Shown here: positions 36,010 to 37,745 of the stretch, piece after piece
How the letters are laid out: every line of letters starts with the position of its first letter
Position numbering within the stretch: the first letter of the stretch is position 1
Sequence record: SRR20825019_590
Length of the DNA: 37,745 nt
Strand: one strand, 5' to 3'
Made by a program: the position numbers and the translations under genes
The notes under the pieces: generated by a model
The model's database searches: none
Told to the model about the DNA's origin: nothing
Seen by the model: only the letters and a program-made list of their open reading frames with translations

Positions 36010-37559
36010 TCTTCCTCACGATAGAGCGGGAACCGTGCGGTGACGGTTGTGCCTTCACCGGGGCTGGATGAGATATCGAACTGACCGTTCAGCAGTTCCA
36101 TAAAGCGCGTGACAAGTGGCAGGCCAAGACCTGTGCCGGAGTGCCGACGGGAGAGCTCTCCTTCGACCTGACCAAACAGCGATAGCGCTGTTTCTATCTG
36201 GGCCTCGCTCATACCTATGCCGGTGTCAGTGATGGTAATGTCGTAAAAGCGGCCCCGGCTCAAGCCCTTGACCGTGACGCTGCCGCCTGGCTCGGTGAAT
36301 TTGATGGCGTTGGACAGGAGGTTAATAAGCACCTGCCGCATGATGCGCTCATCCGACAGGATTTCGGCCGGCAAACAGTCTGTAGTGACCCTCACACCGC
36401 GTTCCATCGCCGATGCAGACACCAGCTTGTGGGCGGATGCAATCACCGTGCGGGGCTCCACCTTTTCGGCATATATCTCAAAGCGGTCTGCCTCCAGTTT
36501 GGAGATATCAAGGATATCATTGATGATAGAAAGCAGGTGTTCGCCACTTTGGCGGATCAGTTGCAAATACTCTTTGTTCTTTTCACCCTCAACCTTGCCG
36601 TATAGCTCAAGCGATATCAGCTCGGTAAAACCGATGATGGAATTGAGCGGTGTGCGGATCTCATGGCTTGTGGACGCGAGGAAAGCGGATTTGGCCTTGT
36701 TGGCGCGGGCCAGTTCTTCAAGCACACGGTTGGCTTGGCGTAAAAACCGTCCGAGCGCAATAATCACGATGACCAGAAGCATGCTGGCGGGCAGCACCAT
36801 GTAACGCAGCATTTCGCTGCCAGGCTCAGAAGGCCGCCAGCACAAGTGACCAATAGAGTCACCTCCCAAGGAAAGCACCGGTATGGTGTTATCGCCCTCA
36901 ATGGGGGTGGTCGCGAACCGAAGCCCTTTTATTGCATTGTCTTGCCCTATCCGCTCAATGTCTTCTGCGCTTACAAGCGAGACAAAGATGATCAGAGCAC
37001 GCTTCTCATCGGGGATGGGTGGTAGCGACTTTACTTCACCCGCTTGCACCATGCTGGCGCCAAAGGCAATCAGGTCCCCACCTATTTCCAGGAAGCCAGA
37101 TGCGCTGCTGGGTAGATGCTCCTTTGGGATTTCCATGCTTTTTGCGAGCTCCGCAAAACCTGCATCAAGGAAAGTGTGCGGGGCGGGCAGGGCGGCAACA
37201 AAGTTGCCGTATGCCATGGTGCCGTCTCGCCGAACGATAAAAACACCCTGGATCTGGCTGATGCCGATGACGGATTCGCCAAGTGTGCTGTCGATCCAGT
37301 CGATATTTTCCTCAAAGATAATATTTTCGACAGCAGCGTCCCACCAGGCGTTATCCTCCGCGAGTACCGCAAGCCCACCATGGATGGTGCGCATTTCCTG
37401 CTGTATCACCTGCTTTTCCGCTGCGAGCGCAGCCGCGTCCTGTTGGCGCGCTGCAAAGATGGCAAGCGCAACAAGTGCCGCGATGCTAACCGCGACAGCA
37501 ACAAAAACCGGTGCAACAAGTCTACGAAAACTCAACGCAATTTCCTGATAGACCCCCAA
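36006..37559 (-). CDS. Membrane sensor histidine kinase with periplasmic CHASE4-like domain
   Basis: Two TM segments; DNAWWD motif; H-box SHEIRTPLNSIIGF, N-box NLLSNAIKFT, DTGIGM, GTGLGL; start uncertain (TTG). Confidence 0.9.
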   Translation of the reverse strand: MGVYQEIALSFRRLVAPVFVAVAVSIAALVALAIFAARQQDAAALAAEKQVIQQEMRTIHGGLAVLAEDNAWWDAAVENIIFEENIDWIDSTLGESVIGISQIQGVFIVRRDGTMAYGNFVAALPAPHTFLDAGFAELAKSMEIPKEHLPSSASGFLEIGGDLIAFGASMVQAGEVKSLPPIPDEKRALIIFVSLVSAEDIERIGQDNAIKGLRFATTPIEGDNTIPVLSLGGDSIGHLCWRPSEPGSEMLRYMVLPASMLLVIVIIALGRFLRQANRVLEELARANKAKSAFLASTSHEIRTPLNSIIGFTELISLELYGKVEGEKNKEYLQLIRQSGEHLLSIINDILDISKLEADRFEIYAEKVEPRTVIASAHKLVSASAMERGVRVTTDCLPAEILSDERIMRQVLINLLSNAIKFTEPGGSVTVKGLSRGRFYDITITDTGIGMSEAQIETALSLFGQVEGELSRRHSGTGLGLPLVTRFMELLNGQFDISSSPGEGTTVTARFPLYREED

Positions 37560-37669
37560 AGATCTTCATACGACATCAAAGAGCAGAAACCTTAATTTTC
37601 GGTAATGCGCCTGACGAATAATGAAATTAGCCATTTGCTGCGTGTTTTGCCAACATGTCCTTAGCACAG

Positions 37670-37698
37670 TTGACGGGCGCGCCGGTTGGGGTTACAGG
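37670..37698 (+). promoter_or_regulatory. Sigma70-type promoter of the tRNA gene
   Basis: TTGACG, 17 nt, TACAGG, ending 17 nt upstream of the tRNA 5' end. Confidence 0.6.
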
Positions 37699-37715
37699 AA
37701 AAGCGCTGTTTATGG

Positions 37716-37745
37716 GGCCCCGTAGCTCAGCAGGATAGAGCGACA
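37716..37745 (+). tRNA. tRNA, 5' part truncated by the window end; probably tRNA-Arg
   Basis: GGCCCCG-TA-GCTC-AGCAGGATA-GAGC-GACA: acceptor 5' strand and D-arm typical of tRNA-Arg; the anticodon is not visible. Confidence 0.85.

Noticed and set aside
36006-37745. Genomic island anchored at the tRNA
   Set aside because: No integrase, att duplication or compositional shift on this side; the tRNA 3' end lies outside the window.

Overview
Core-chromosome segment of an alphaproteobacterium (gene content suggests a marine, possibly Kordiimonas-like lineage; this is inference only). Conserved backbone: 3' end of gltB, fzlA-queG, a DEAD-box RNA helicase, DUF1223-acnA, bolA / cobS-cobT / esterase-like-phytase / rpmB, SUV3-like helicase-hslR-fdxA-carD, an rpoH2-like sigma factor, an SNase-fold gene, an aminotransferase-IV plus sulfotransferase-like pair, an orphan PleC/DivJ-type kinase and the 5' part of a tRNA (probably Arg). 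Small accessory genes are interspersed. The most notable element is a BlaI repressor plus BlaR1/M56 peptidase module between carD and rpoH2. Its predicted extracytoplasmic sensor is an 11-repeat, near-consensus ankyrin array instead of a penicillin-binding domain, and two BlaI-type operator palindromes lie upstream. Other notable items: a second, long-form aconitase (AcnB) head-to-head with acnA, a structured ~240-nt leader on the DEAD-box helicase, an unannotated 28-aa membrane peptide ORF, a catalytically degenerate SNase-fold protein, and two paralogous stand-alone PAS-like genes. No transposase, integrase, prophage or CRISPR array was seen.
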